Positions 28,322 to 41,089 of a stretch of 57,365 nucleotides of DNA are shown here, piece by piece. Below the pieces are notes generated by a model. The model made no database searches. It worked only from the letters and a program-made list of their open reading frames with translations, and had not been told where the DNA came from. This DNA comes from Basidiobolus ranarum (taxonomy: Eukaryota): positions 1 through 57,365 of the forward strand of contig JASJQH010000010.1 of assembly GCA_040143965.1 (NCBI GenBank), read 5' to 3'. Every line of letters begins with the position of its first letter. The stretch's first letter is position 1. Position numbers and translations under genes: made by a program.

Positions 28322-31102
28322 TCATTCATGGTTAACTTTTTCAATTAATGGATCAAGAAGGGTATTCCCGTTGATAATTTGTGTGGTAGCGATAACATAT
28401 TCCCGACCTAATATTTGAAATTACTATTAGTAAGATGTACAGCTTAACCATTGTAATGTGAAGATATTTACCTTCTTCTTGTTGTGATAAGAAACGAATT
28501 GCCGATATCTCAGTATAAGTACAACCCCCAAGGAATAACACGATAGAGATTCTTGGTTGTCCAGATTTGTTCCATCCTAGAGAAAGAAAATACGACAAGG
28601 ATGGATAAGTGACAACGATTAGAAATTACTAGGTGAACCTTAGATACACTACTTTTTACTGTACGAGCGATTCCATCCTCTACAGGTTGAACTTCATCAA
28701 ACATTTTTCCAGGGATCATCCGAATGACATCCTCTAGCCCTTTCCAGCCAGCGCCTACACCTACTGCATTGCGTACAGTCGGGGCAGTGTTACGATATAC
28801 GCACTGAACCAAACGAACACTGAGAGGAGCGTAACCGGAATAAACGTAGGCGATATCATTGGGACTTCTCTCATCCACCTGATCAACAATCAAGCGAAGT
28901 GACTTGCGCACCTGAGGGTATGAGTTTCTATTTACATCTTGAACCTTTAGGAGGCCGACTTTGGCAAGGTTGTGAAGGGTTACAATATGCTCGAAACCAT
29001 ATGTCTAGCAAGTCAACGTATCAAATCATCAAAATGTCAAGATTAATCATACTACGTTAATCAACATACCTGGGTAATCTCTTTCCGAAAGAAATCATAA
29101 GTTTTAGATTTCAGACCATTGTTGACTAACGACTGTAAACACAAAAGTCTCAAAACTTGGATAAGTGGAGCCTGTCGATTAATCAGCTCTTCGATATAGG
29201 GGCTTTGAGTGTTGGTATCATATCCAGCGGTGAAATCTACGTGAATATGAGTTATTCGCAAATCATTTCTTAAATTCTACTTCTACTCTTACTTTGCTGA
29301 ACCTCAAGCATTCGGTTGAAATCCTCCGAAGTAGTGCAGCTCATTATCTGTTCGGCTATAGTAGTGTCTTTGCAAAAGGTTAAGGAGAAACAACACAATA
29401 GACTCTCTAAATGATCGATGTTTGTTCGAAAGGATACGTGTCTTGAGAGATGAATGCTCATTTTGTAATCCTCCTAACTTGCCAATAAACTCTCGAATCT
29501 GACCAACTGTCTTGGCGTGATGGCGGCCCTGTTGCAATAATAATGGTCTTTAGAGATATGAGATAGAAAAGAAAACGCCTGAATATAATACCTCATAGTC
29601 TTCATTGATTCGTTTGGCAACTTTGTTGAGGACACTTCCGACGACTGCAAAGTTCATATCTCTGATCTCTAAGAACAATTTGTCTGATGAATTCAAGGGA
29701 ACTTTCTTTTTCTTGTTGGTAGGCACGCTAGCTGCTCCCGAGGAAGACCCTGCTACATTTGGTGAGCCGGGCGCAACGGCTGCGTCAACCTCTACAAAGG
29801 CTATATTTCATTTAGTATTGGTTGTGAAGTATCGATGTGTCTTATCTAGGCTCTTACTATTCTTGATTCCAAAATATTCATCTACCAAGCCCTCATAGGT
29901 GAGCTGCGTACAAAGGGGAGTTACGAGATCAGAAGCACGATCGATGATTACTAGAGAGTCTATATTGGAGGAAATAGACATGCTTTGGGTAACTAGAGGG
30001 TCATCTATAGCCATCTCACGTCTCATTCGTAATAGCATGTCGGAAAGAAGCTACACGAGCAATATATAAATAACTGATAAATCTGGTTGGAGCAGCATAA
30101 CTATACGAACTTTCGCGCAATCTCCTTTGCCAATGATTCTTGGGAAAAACCCATAGATGGACTGAAGCCTCATAATAGCTCGAGCAACATAATAGATAGA
30201 AGTGTTGTCACCATCCTATAGTCATGAGAAACCATTTAACCTCGATGTGCAATAAAAAGCTACCTTTCAGTCATACCAGATAAAGTTCCTTGAAGGAGTT
30301 ATCAAGTTCGAGAGACAATAGATCATCTTCAAAGGGAATCAAGTCCAAATGGTATTCACCGATGGTAATATGTATTGTCTGGTTAAGAATTAACTTGAAA
30401 AGTCGTCCAATTTGGATTTAGAGAAACAAGGATTAAAAAAGGATATCTCCATAAACTCCTTCCTCCTCTAATAAACGTTCACAGATCATTGTTCTTCTGG
30501 GAACAAAGAAGAGGTTGAAACTTTTTCCACTATCACTATGCTGTTTTACATGCTCTATGGCAGAACCATGGATAAATATATATAATGTTTCGAAACTGAA
30601 TAGAATGCGGACTTTACCTGCAATGTAACGCACATATTGAAGGTTTGGACGACAGATATATATAATACTCGAAGAATCGGTCTCCAAAGGACCCGACTGA
30701 AGATAAAATATCTTCTCCACGCCATGTTCCTATAGAAATAGAGGTATCCCAACAATAAACATTAGAGTATGCTTTTCATTCATTCCAAGAATTAATGACT
30801 ACCTTGAGTAAACTAAATTCAGTGATTAAACTTAACGGGCCGCTTAGATTTGGATCCAGAACTAAAGTCTTTTTACCTCTGGCCTAATGAAATGTCATAC
30901 AACATTCCGATTAAAGAGGGGGGTAAGTATCAATTTCTATTCAAAATTCCTCCTGGAAGTAAACGTTCAAGAGCACCCAAAACTAAAGGATGAAAAACAA
31001 AACTTGACGTACAGAATCGAGGACGTCCGTAAGTTCCTTTCTAGATAAATCTCGAAGTGCATTGATATTCAAAGAAGTGTGACCCAGATGTGGTGCTGAC
31101 AT
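28322..31102 (-). CDS. VPS33: Vacuolar protein sorting SM protein Vps33 (many exons; two U12 introns)
   Basis: Motifs GKKTLVLDPNLSGPLSLI, FFVPRRTMICERLLEEEGVYGD, LIPFEDDLLSLEL, IIDRASDLVTPLCTQLTYEGLVDE, PNDIAYVYSGYAPLSVRLVQ and FLGGCTYTEISAIR. Confidence 0.96.
29368..29437 (-). other. U12-type GT-AG intron in VPS33
   Basis: 5' splice site GTATCCTTT; branch TCCTTAAC 11 nt upstream of the 3' end. Splicing gives LKTH|TTIAEQIM. Confidence 0.9.
30372..30446 (-). other. U12-type AT-AC intron in VPS33
   Basis: 5' splice site ATATCCTTTT; branch TTCTTAAC; 3' end AATAC. Splicing gives GVYG-D-ITIGEYHLDLIPFEDDLLSLEL. Confidence 0.9.
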
Positions 31103-31414
31103 GATGGTTTTTACTTGGCTTTTAAAGCAAAACTCAGTCGGCTATAAAACGAACTTTGGATTCACTAGGCAACCGTCAATAATGTTATCACAAAATGAAA
31201 TGCTTGATGAAATCATGACGATTTAGAATTCATGTGGCTTCTAATATAGGATGTAATATGATCCACTATCTAGCTTAACCTCTTTTTATACTTAACTTAC
31301 TTAATAAACTTAATATATTAAATAAGCCTTATGCATGCAAAAAGTACGTTGAAATTTTTATTTTTTGAATGAATTAATTTAATACATGCCCACTACTCGA
31401 ATCTATACAAATGG

Positions 31415-32847
31415 TTAACGTTCCATGTAGTCGTTATCTTGTTCAGCCGAGATAACACTCATACATTTCCATTCGTCTCCGAAGGTGGCTGAAGAAGATA
31501 AATGAGTAGTAATTCATACGAAACTTAAGCGATGAGAACTTACCTTTCCATAGTCTAACTTTACCGTCGTCACCGGATGAAGACAATATAGTACCAGTTA
31601 CATTCCACTCAACTTTCCAGACCTAACAATGTTGCAACCAGAAGATTAGTTACGAAGACGGTTCATTTGGCCTTCAATGTGATAGCTTACCTCAGCTTTG
31701 TGGTCGGGGAAAACTGCCACTAGCTCCACTCTCCAACGTTTTTCTGTGGCACCAGGACTTCCTTCATCCGTTAATTTGAAAATACGAACATTTTGATCTT
31801 TGGAGGCAGTGGCAATAAGTTGATAACTCCTGAAATATAGAGTCAGATATGATTCATTTAGCTATGGTTTGCAGATGAGTTTGTACCTTCCGAGGTTAGG
31901 GGCCCAGCTGACATCATGAACAACTCCTTCATGACCAGAGAGAACCTCAAATGCCTGCCATCTACTACTTTGGTCCATACGGAAAATCTATCGCGGAAAT
32001 CAAGTGGCTTCTTGGTAAATAATAATTCACTTTGAAAAAGTTACATCAATCACATACCTTTGCTGTGTTTTCTTTAGCACAGCCAACTACCATTGTTTGA
32101 GCTTGGAATCTTGATGGACACCAAGAAAGACAATAATTTCCATCGGCCTCTTTGCTACCGCCAGAACATACTTCGAACTCTTCCATCAATGTCCAGTGTG
32201 CAAGATTGACCACTTCCATAGCCTCATAAATCCGAACCATACCATCTGCAGCACACGTAGCCTAGTAAATTCAGTTTTAGGAATACATATCGTCGTCTGA
32301 AAGCGTTGATAAAATGTAATACCAATTTCAAGCCAAGGTGACTAGGAGCGAATTCGATATCTTGTACGGAGCCACGGCTATCCACAAGTCTAGCCTTTTC
32401 CACCCAGCGTCTACCGCTGTTTTTCATCTCTACAAATTCAAAAACCACGTCAATATTAAGTAAAATTCCACATGAATACGAACCAAAAATTCAAGTACCG
32501 TGTTCTTGTTCCTCCCAAATTCTAACTGAGCGATCAAAAGAACAAGAGGCAATAACTTGACCAAACTCGGGATGAGCCCAAGCTACTTTTAAAATAGAAC
32601 AATCGTGAGCCTAACAAAAAGTAAGCTCAGTAAGAATTACATCAAAATACTGGTTGAACGTGGGTTTGGGAATCACTCTAACCTTCCAAGCTTCATTCAT
32701 TTCCCATTGACCAGTCTCTTCATCATAGTCCCAAACTTTTAACTTTTGGTCTGAAGAACAAGTAGTAAGTCTTTTTCCATAATAGTCATAAGCGATGTCG
32801 TGTATGAGATCCTCGTGATTAGCGTCGAATTTAGCTATCTGGTTCAT
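31415..32847 (-). CDS. SEH1: Nucleoporin / SEA complex WD40 protein Seh1
   Basis: [91 protein letters not shown]. Confidence 0.96.
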
Positions 32848-33184
32848 ACTTCTATGTGAAAAACGAAAATTGATAAACGAAGTGAGGGCTATCTCTATGT
32901 GCTCGTACAGTTAGTACTCTATATTGTTGTTATTTTATCATTCAAAATCAATCTGGGATTTTTTTAATACCTTAATGATCTACAACAAAGATCGATTTGT
33001 TAGCATTTCTCGGGAATATTTTTCTTGGTGCCGAGTCAAGCTTCCTGCTGGATCACTGCTACGTGAAATGTTGATTTAGCGTTTGATATTCTCCAGCGAA
33101 CCTGACCTATATATAAACTTTTATCATTCTCTATACCTCACCAAGCGAATATATTTTAGGGCTCTTTGCCAACATTTGCCTAAA

Positions 33185-33973
33185 ATGAGTATAAATGAGC
33201 TGAGAAAGTTAAATAGACAGAAGGAGGATACATTTTTCCTTGATGAAGTTGAGGACGACGTCGATGACATGGATTTCCCCCTTCCAGAAGTACCTACTGC
33301 TGGGCCATCAAACAGTGGAGTTCGCTATGTTCAATCTGACGAACTTTTCAAGAGGTATTGTTACTAGTTTTAACTTTATTTGTTCATATGCTAAATAGAT
33401 TTATCGTAGATGGATCTGCGTATATCCTGCTTATTTAGATAGCAGTAAAACTGTAGATGAGGGTAGAAGAATTCCCAAAGATAAAGCATGTCAAGAGCCT
33501 CAAGCCATGCAAATCGCCGAAGCAGGCAAAGAACTTGGCTTCCCAGTTGCTATTGAGGTAACTATTCATAGTTATAAATATTTAAACTTGATTTCACTTG
33601 AAATTCACACGGTTTTATTGACATACATTTTAGCCTACCAAAAGATACCCTAGAGATGGGTTAACTTTTGGTCGAGTAAGAATTATGCTAAAAAACGAGA
33701 ATGGCTTTTTCACTCGCCCTGACATCGTCTCGAGTAAGTTGTACTCTGTCAACCTGATCATTCACTCGTTCTGGGCTCATTTTATTCCTTCTTTTATTCT
33801 AAATCACAGGAAAACAACTCCTACTTAAAATCGCACATGTTCTACCTGCTATCCAAGCAAGGATGCCCGCTGAGCCCAAGCCTGTTCTAGCTAGTTGCTA
33901 CGAAGCACCAGAGTCAAGCAAGGCTTCTCCTACAATCCCCAAGAAAAAGAAGAAGGTAAAGATAATAAGATAA
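33185..33973 (+). CDS. SRP19: Signal recognition particle subunit SRP19/Sec65 (4 exons)
   Basis: Spliced WICVYPAYLDSSKTVDEGRRIPK...EPTKRYPRDGLTFGRVRIML; basic tail KKKKKVKIIR then TAA. Confidence 0.92.
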
Positions 33974-34381
33974 GGTACTCGACCTTATACAAATGGATGT
34001 TCGCTATGTTATTCAACAAAAGAAATATTTATAAAGTACGATGTAGATATTCATATGTCCACATTTTTCCACTCTTATACAATTTGTAATACTCGTAATT
34101 ATCACGTACAACAGTTCATTATCTCTTAGCTCCAGCAAGAAATAAAATGACTCTGCCACGGCATTACATACCATGCACTTCAGTTTGGAAGGCTTAAGTA
34201 AATTTGAAGATGAATATATGGTTAAGTTCAGATGTATACCCAGAAGAGATAAATCAATATCTATTAGTGTTTCTAGGTTTCGTTTTTATTGATATTGTAG
34301 GAAGCACCTAAAATAACTAAAATGCATCCAACCAAATGTTAATGGAAATAATCACCTAAAGGACTATTGGAAAGAATCCAT

Positions 34382-34935
34382 TTATTGGTCAGTCTTTCTT
34401 CTAGGGGCACGACGACCACGGTTGGCACCGGGGACGAAGGCTTGTGCAGGAGCAGCAACAGTAACACCAGGAAGGTTTTCCATGTTAAGAGCCTTGAGGA
34501 GCTCTTTGGTTTCGGGATCAACTTCAATGTTGGAGATATCCAAAGCAGAGAATTCGGGAACGTAGTTATCTTTACGTTCACGCTCTTCTTCTTGAAGCTT
34601 GAAGGAGATACCACGAACGGGACCACGTTGAATACGCTTCATCAAATGGGTGGTGAAACCAGCGATCTTGTTACGAAGACGCTTGGAAGCAATGATGGCA
34701 ACTTCATCACAGATCTTCTTGTTGGTTTGGAAATCCAAAGTAAGACGAGGATAGTATTTCTCGATGATGACTCTGGAAGCCTTTTTAACGGTCTTAGTAC
34801 GTACGCGACCCTATTGATTTGAAGATGTTTGGTTAGATGTGATGGATGGATGTTGTATGGGAAGAGATGGAAGCCACGAGACAACAGCAACTAAAACGTG
34901 GAATAAATCATACTGGGAACAGTAAAACGTACCAT
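34382..34935 (-). CDS. RPS17: 40S ribosomal protein S17 (ATG-only first coding exon 34935-34933; intron 34932-34811)
   Basis: [21 protein letters not shown]...[44 protein letters not shown]. Confidence 0.98.
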
Positions 34936-35501
34936 ATTGACAGATGGTTAAAGCAAAGGGATTGAGTTGCCCGAAAAAGTAGAAGAGAAGGAATCAACCC
35001 ATTGGAGTACTCGGCCTTTTGAGATTTACCTGGCCATCCATCATCCAGCGTTGATTCTTTTTTCAATCGATTTTTGACTTTTGAGCCAATGAGTGATCCT
35101 ATGATGGAAGAAAAATCTTGGATTCATTGCGTTGTATTGCTTAGCATCTTGAATTTAGCCATATTAATTGATTGAATTGCACATAATCATGGAAGCATTG
35201 AATGACACATGGAATTGCACATAAATCATTAAACAATTTAATAACACATTGATTTGTGGTTCATTTGTGGGTACAGTGGTGTGGCAGTGGACTAAGGTAA
35301 CATGAGGCGTACAGGCGAAACATTCGAAATCGAAACAAAGAAACATTGGAAATGGGTACTGAAGTGATGTAAACAAACAAGAGTAACAAAATTTGACAAA
35401 CAATGAATTGTGTAGATGGATTAAGAGTAAAGCTAATTAAGATACCAAAGCGTATCAACGAATGAACATCGAATGAAGACTAATCAAATGAAGACCACCA
35501 T

Positions 35502-36958
35502 CTACTTCCTGACAGTAAAGACAATAATCAAAATGATGGCGATAATTAATATAATGATAGTGATGAAGATACACCATCTTTTCTATAATTCGAAGAAAGG
35601 GTTAGGTGTGACTTGAGATGCAAGGTGGAAGTGGATAACCAACCTTTCTTGCGCTCCTGGCATGGCCTATCGCGGTGTCTACTTGGGCATTGGCGTTGGC
35701 TGTATGATCAACAGTACTGTTCATTTGTTGTTCGATGGATTGGACTACCTCATCCTGCTCCTCAACTAAAAGGTGCATCTCTTGGAATAAGTTAGCAAGT
35801 TCCTACAGGGAAGTGTTAGTAGCTGGCTCATCATGAATGTGTTATTTAGAAGCCATACAATAATGTTCTTTTCAATTTTGACAATATCCTCATGACGATC
35901 CTGTACGTTCTTCATTACACGTCTAGCTTCTCCTCGGGATGAATTGAGCACCTGTAACGCAAAACGGTTAATCAAGAGAACAGAAATCACAACCATAATG
36001 AAATATGCTTACTCCTTGAGCGAAAATCTGACCACCTTGATCCTCATCTAAAACTTGCTGGATCTCCTCCTCAGTAGCATAAGGGTTGACTGTAATTACA
36101 CAATTGATTTAGTACGACTTCTGTTGGCAGTCCAATGTATGCATGGGGATACATACCGATTCTATACTGGCGCTCAAGCATTTGCTTGTAACGTTCTTTG
36201 TATTCCAACTCAACCTGTTGGTATCTTTTGAGAGTCTCCATAAACTTAGTCTTGATTGCAGCATGCTAAACAGGCAAAGTTGAAAATATTAATTATTGTT
36301 TCCAATGGCCGCTTGTTGGCGAGGCGATTCCCAGCACTTACTCTGTTTTTACGGATCTGAGCGTCAGAGGTAGGCCCGAGCTTCAAGTTGTTTCTCTCCA
36401 GGGCTTGTATATAATGTTTGTCAATATGTGAGATTTTCCTGACATATGAAGTATTAAATACCTTTGATTTTTTCCTTAGTCTCTATGAGTAATTGTCTGG
36501 TATCGTTGACGGCAGCCTCTAACTGTCTAGAATTCACTTTAGTAAAAATTAGTATGGTTATTAACACTGGATAGAAGCTATCGAGAAAATTTACTCTCTG
36601 ATTCCTCAGCGGTGGTAGAATCTAGGGCTCTTGAGTGAAGAGTTTCGATACCATAGATATTCTCATTTGCTATGCGTATTTCTTTATCAAGGCTTTCAAT
36701 CTGGCAAATAATTGTTATTAACTATAGATACGAACTCATATACTGCTCTACTAACCTGATCATAATAGGCGTTCAAGGGAATTATTTGATTTGATGGTTG
36801 TGTTGAGCGGACATTGCCCATTTCCATTTCACCAAGATCTTGGTGTTGAAAACCTCCGGCATTCTTAAACACACCAAGAAGAATAAATGGGATTAGAAAA
36901 ACAGATAATATAGAAGTCTTGTAATAAACTGGTTATTTACCCGCTGTTGTCTACTCAT
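35502..36958 (-). CDS. Plasma-membrane syntaxin Sso1/Sso2-like (many short exons)
   Basis: Exon fragments LERQYRI, VNPYATEEEIQQVL...GQIFAQ, SRGEARRVMKNVQDRHEDIVKIEKNI and HARSARK|KRWCIF, followed by a hydrophobic TM anchor and TAG at 35504-35502. Confidence 0.9.
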
Positions 36959-37486
36959 GATTATAAGAAAAAGTATGTATGTGCCAGAAAGGTGTGTTGG
37001 ATAGTTATAAAATTTTGTGCCAAGTAATGACCTAAAAAGCGATAATAAGGAATGGATGAAACAGGAACTTATTTGATCGGCTTCCCATTCCATATATCCT
37101 ATGATTTACTTGATGAACTGGACAATAAGTTTGTATAATATTTGAGCGCGTCGTAACAATCAACATCGCGTTTGGCAGTCCAGTATAAATTTGGAAGGTA
37201 TACTATTATTATACTCCATTCTATTGCTAAGATTCTATTGCGATCTATGCTCAATTTATAAAAATAGAAATTACGAAATTTCCTTTTTCTGCTATGACAT
37301 AATAATATCATGGGCTTTGTTTCCAAACAACCTGCATCTTCTTGGCATAGCTAACCCCAACCCAAGCTATAAAACACCAAAAACAATAATACTGATTTCA
37401 ATGGTGATTGCGAGATAGCCCTAACCCTAACTCATGATATATTTAATTTATTATTCATGGCCAATTAATCCATTATAGCATGATGA

Positions 37487-37956
37487 CTACAAGTTTTGCC
37501 GAATGAGCTTTTTTACTGTATCACTATCAACTCCTTCTATACTCACCACCTTTTCTCGACACTTTAGTCCCGAAACTAAAGTCACATCTGATTTACGCAC
37601 TTTGAGTACCTGTAGAGTCCAGAACAATAAATAAATAAGCATATGATGTTCCCACTTGAAACTATTTTTTTTACCTCAGCAACAAAGTTAACTACTCCTT
37701 TGTTTGCTTCACCATCTCTAGGTGGTGCTGAAATCTATGTACATATGTTAGTATATATCCTCCTTTTAGTGATTATCACGATTACCTGAACTCCAATGCG
37801 TTCTCCGAATTCGATGATCTGATTTTGTTTAGCCCCCGGCTTTACTAATAGTTCTAGTCTAGTATTACCGTCTTTATGCTGATATATTGGACCTTTTGGT
37901 AACTCGACTATATTGTTGGCTTTTGTAATAAGTGCCTTTTTTGATTTATGTACCAT
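37487..37956 (-). CDS. UPF0235/DUF167 (YggU-like) protein (3 exons)
   Basis: Spliced LLVKPGAKQNQI...IGVQ|ISAPPRDGEANKGVVNFVAE|VLKVRKSDVTLVSGLKCREKVV. Confidence 0.88.
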
Positions 37957-38845
37957 TGGAGAAGAGTTTTTGTGCTTGTATCGCAATTGCTGCTCATCAA
38001 AGAAGGTTAAGACTGTAGTAAGTGATACATAATCGTAGTTTGTATATATGTTACCATGAGACACATAGTAGGCCGACGGAATGAGTCCATCATAGATTTG
38101 ATCAAAAATTGCAATCTGGCCATCACTAATAATTAGCATGTAGCCTAATTTTATGTTGACTCCTACAGGATTGCTCACTAGTCTGCATATCACTTACCCT
38201 AACCCACACCCTGGGACCCCTGATATATGATTTTTTTTTCTTATGCTTGTGATTAATAAAATTTGTGGCGGTTGCTCTCCAGGGACCTTATTCCACTTCA
38301 ACACAAGCAACATAATCAATTTGAATGTTGTGAACATCCATCATAAGTAAGGTAATTAGCTTTTCTATACGTCCTTGACAGCCCTGATGAGTCAACTTCT
38401 ATTAGATCCATTGTCTGACTGCCGTCGTTGTGCGGCAAATATGCAGAGAAGTTTATCTGAGCTGTCCAAAATCAAGTGATCTTTCTTGGCTGAAAACTAA
38501 CCATTTTAACACAAATAGACCCCACCGTTGTGTTGCATTATCGGTTGTGTCGCATTATCGGAGATGAAGTCATCTGGTAAGTCAACATTCAAACACAGAG
38601 CAATGATGAACAAATATCAAAGATCCATTGTCTGAAACTCGTCGTTGTGCGAGAAATCTGAGGAAACATTGTGCTGAGCTCTTAATCCGAATATCAAATA
38701 TATCTGTATGCATTCTAACGTAAACTCTTAAACTAGGTTTCTTCTGTAAATTTTGACTCTAATCTTTGTAAATAAACATTGAACTTGATATACATATAAT
38801 TATGATGATGATCCAAGTTTTTATGCGTTACGCCAAGCTGTTTCG

Positions 38846-39097
38846 ACCCTAACCCTACACGCATTTCAAACACAGTAGCATTTAACCCTAACCCTTGATA
38901 TTCACTACAGAAACAGGTGATCTAATCCTGACCCATCTATTTACTGACCCTAAAATCACCTGCGATAGATCTCTTCGATCCTAACCCACCCTAACCCTCG
39001 AACAAGAAAGCATCTATTTCCTGAATCCATTTCCATTTCCATCTCTTGAACCGTTTCCTGATTTACCGAAATCTAACAATAACCCTAACCCTAGCCC
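38846..39097 (+). repeat. Cluster of short CCCTAA (telomere-like) motifs
   Basis: accctaacccta (~38847), taaccctaaccct (~38883), accctaaa (~38947), cctaacccaccctaaccct (~38980), taaccctaaccctagccc (~39080). Confidence 0.75.
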
Positions 39098-39397
39098 ATA
39101 TCATCTGTTTGCATCTAGAAAAGACGTTTCTGGCAATGAAGTACACGGATTTCTAAATACAAAATTACCTATTTGGGGGGACATGGCTAATTTGATCAGA
39201 CCGAGAACGCAGCTTGTTGCTGTAAAATCCTAGTGCATTTCAACGAATCAAATGGAAAATCTAATTTCACTGCTCAAGTATCCTGCGACCTTAATTATGA
39301 ATGGGTTAATGGGGGAATCGAACAACTAATGAGAAGCGCAGTTTTCGATTGAGAACAGAGCCCCAATCACTTGACACAATGATTGGTCACAATACAG

Positions 39398-39484
39398 ATG
39401 ATATTAAAATACTCTGATTAAATTACAATATATATACTAATGATATTAAAATACTCTGATTAAGATACAATATACACGAATGAT
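39398..39484 (+). repeat. 42-bp tandem duplication
   Basis: atgatattaaaatactctgattaa occurs at 39398 and again at 39440, with similar tails. Confidence 0.85.
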
Positions 39485-39832
39485 GCTTTACTCAATCATT
39501 ATGTACCTTAATGTAATTTGCTCATCTGTTCCTAATAATTATATTGTTTAGGCCACAGTTATTCGCTTACTCGCTTATTCGCTGGTGATTTTGAATTTCT
39601 AAGCTTGAGATTGTACGACTGCGGAATACTTTATATATAGGGGACATTGTCACACTGGATGCATAGTTAGCTTATCGCCTTTTTTCTCCTTTCCTCTCCT
39701 CTCCTCTCCTCTATCTTCCGTTTTTATTATTCCCCTTCCCCCCCTTTTCCTTTACTTTGATTTAAATCTCTTTGTATTTGATTACACTCACTGGTACTTG
39801 AGTTAATTCTGAATTTCCTACATTTATACAAT

Positions 39833-41089
39833 ATGAGAGAGTCCAACTTTTCTTTCCCCACCCAAAATCGTGCCTGCGTTACTATAACATCTGCTCTCTA
39901 CGATCGCAGAGCTCTTGATTGCACCGCCATACTTCCTCTCATCAACTCACTTTCTCATCTGATCTATTTAACGAGCACTTCCCCCAGAATCAGAGAAATC
40001 ATCACCAAGGATGGAGGTCTAGAACGTTTAATTCGTACACTGAAAACCACTAAATTAGATGACAAACGTCAAGCTTGGAAATGGTCTATGGCTTTTCAAT
40101 GTGTAGTGAATGTTGGTGTTCGTGGAACTGAAGCCATTCGTACTAGAGTTGTAGATGCTGGTATGGTTGATATTGTTATTCAGATTTTGAAAAGTTTCCA
40201 GAGAGCCGTAATCCAAGTCAAGATGGACAAGGAGAAGGAGATTCACAACGTAGTTCCAGGTCAGGAGCTACGTGACAATCCATTCGCTAGCTCAAATAGT
40301 GTATCCAGCACTCTAAATCAAGAACCGAACGAAGAAGAGCCAATGAGTTCCAACAATCTGTTTCAAAGAAATCTTCCTTCATTACGTCGTACTCTTGCTG
40401 CTCAGCAATTACAGAACTCTATGAATACCAGTTCTTCCACGGAGTTGCAACCCATTTTTGGACGTAGTTCTAACGTCACTATGGATTTTGAGACCCTTTC
40501 TGAAGATTCCCAACCTTCCTCACCTACCGCCCAGCTCTTTCAAATGGCTCCTTTGACTAGAAGCGATCCCAATGAGCAGCCTTCTTTGCAGACTGAATCC
40601 AGGACTCAATCTGTGGCAGAAGAGGTTCTATATCGCGAAGAAGATATTCTCCTTTCGTTACAACTCCTTGCCTACGTCTCTAAATATCCTCATCTTCGTC
40701 AACGTCTTCACACTGAATTTGAATGCAACGTTTTTAGTCTTGTCGAAAAATTCACCAGCAGAGGTCACAGTTCCGAAATTCAATGCTGGGCATCCATCAT
40801 TATGCGCAACGCTTGTCGTAAGGATGAAGCCCGCGGTGGCATTAGACAATGTGGTAACATGACTTGTGGGAAATGGGAAAAATATCCCAGAGAATTTTCC
40901 AAATGCCGAAGATGTCGCAAAGCCAAATACTGCTCCAAAGTGTGTCAATCCAAAGCGTGGGCAGATGGTCATAGGCACTGGTGCGTAGAGAGACAATTAC
41001 CCGAGTCTAGCAACAACTCAGCATCTCAGCTTGAGGTAAACTCGGTACCAACGAACAACATTTCGTTAGCTACCACTGCAATGTCTTAG
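39833..41089 (+). CDS. samB: MYND zinc-finger protein SamB/Mub1
   Basis: MRESNFSFP.QNRACVTITSALYDRRALDCT...LTSTSPRIRE, FQCVVNVGVRG, MRNACRKD and MYND finger CGNMTCGKWE...CRRCRKAKYCSKVCQSKAW...HRHWC. Intronless. Confidence 0.93.
   Translation: MRESNFSFPTQNRACVTITSALYDRRALDCTAILPLINSLSHLIYLTSTSPRIREIITKDGGLERLIRTLKTTKLDDKRQAWKWSMAFQCVVNVGVRGTEAIRTRVVDAGMVDIVIQILKSFQRAVIQVKMDKEKEIHNVVPGQELRDNPFASSNSVSSTLNQEPNEEEPMSSNNLFQRNLPSLRRTLAAQQLQNSMNTSSSTELQPIFGRSSNVTMDFETLSEDSQPSSPTAQLFQMAPLTRSDPNEQPSLQTESRTQSVAEEVLYREEDILLSLQLLAYVSKYPHLRQRLHTEFECNVFSLVEKFTSRGHSSEIQCWASIIMRNACRKDEARGGIRQCGNMTCGKWEKYPREFSKCRRCRKAKYCSKVCQSKAWADGHRHWCVERQLPESSNNSASQLEVNSVPTNNISLATTAMS

Noticed and set aside
37957-38193. 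N-terminal extension of the DUF167 ORF
   Set aside because: It begins at a non-ATG codon and has no family-like content; the ATG at 37956 gives a normal-length protein.
39305-39330. Minus-strand GTTCGATTCCCCC resembling a tRNA T-loop/B-box
   Set aside because: No acceptor, D or anticodon stems can be formed around it, so it is not a tRNA.
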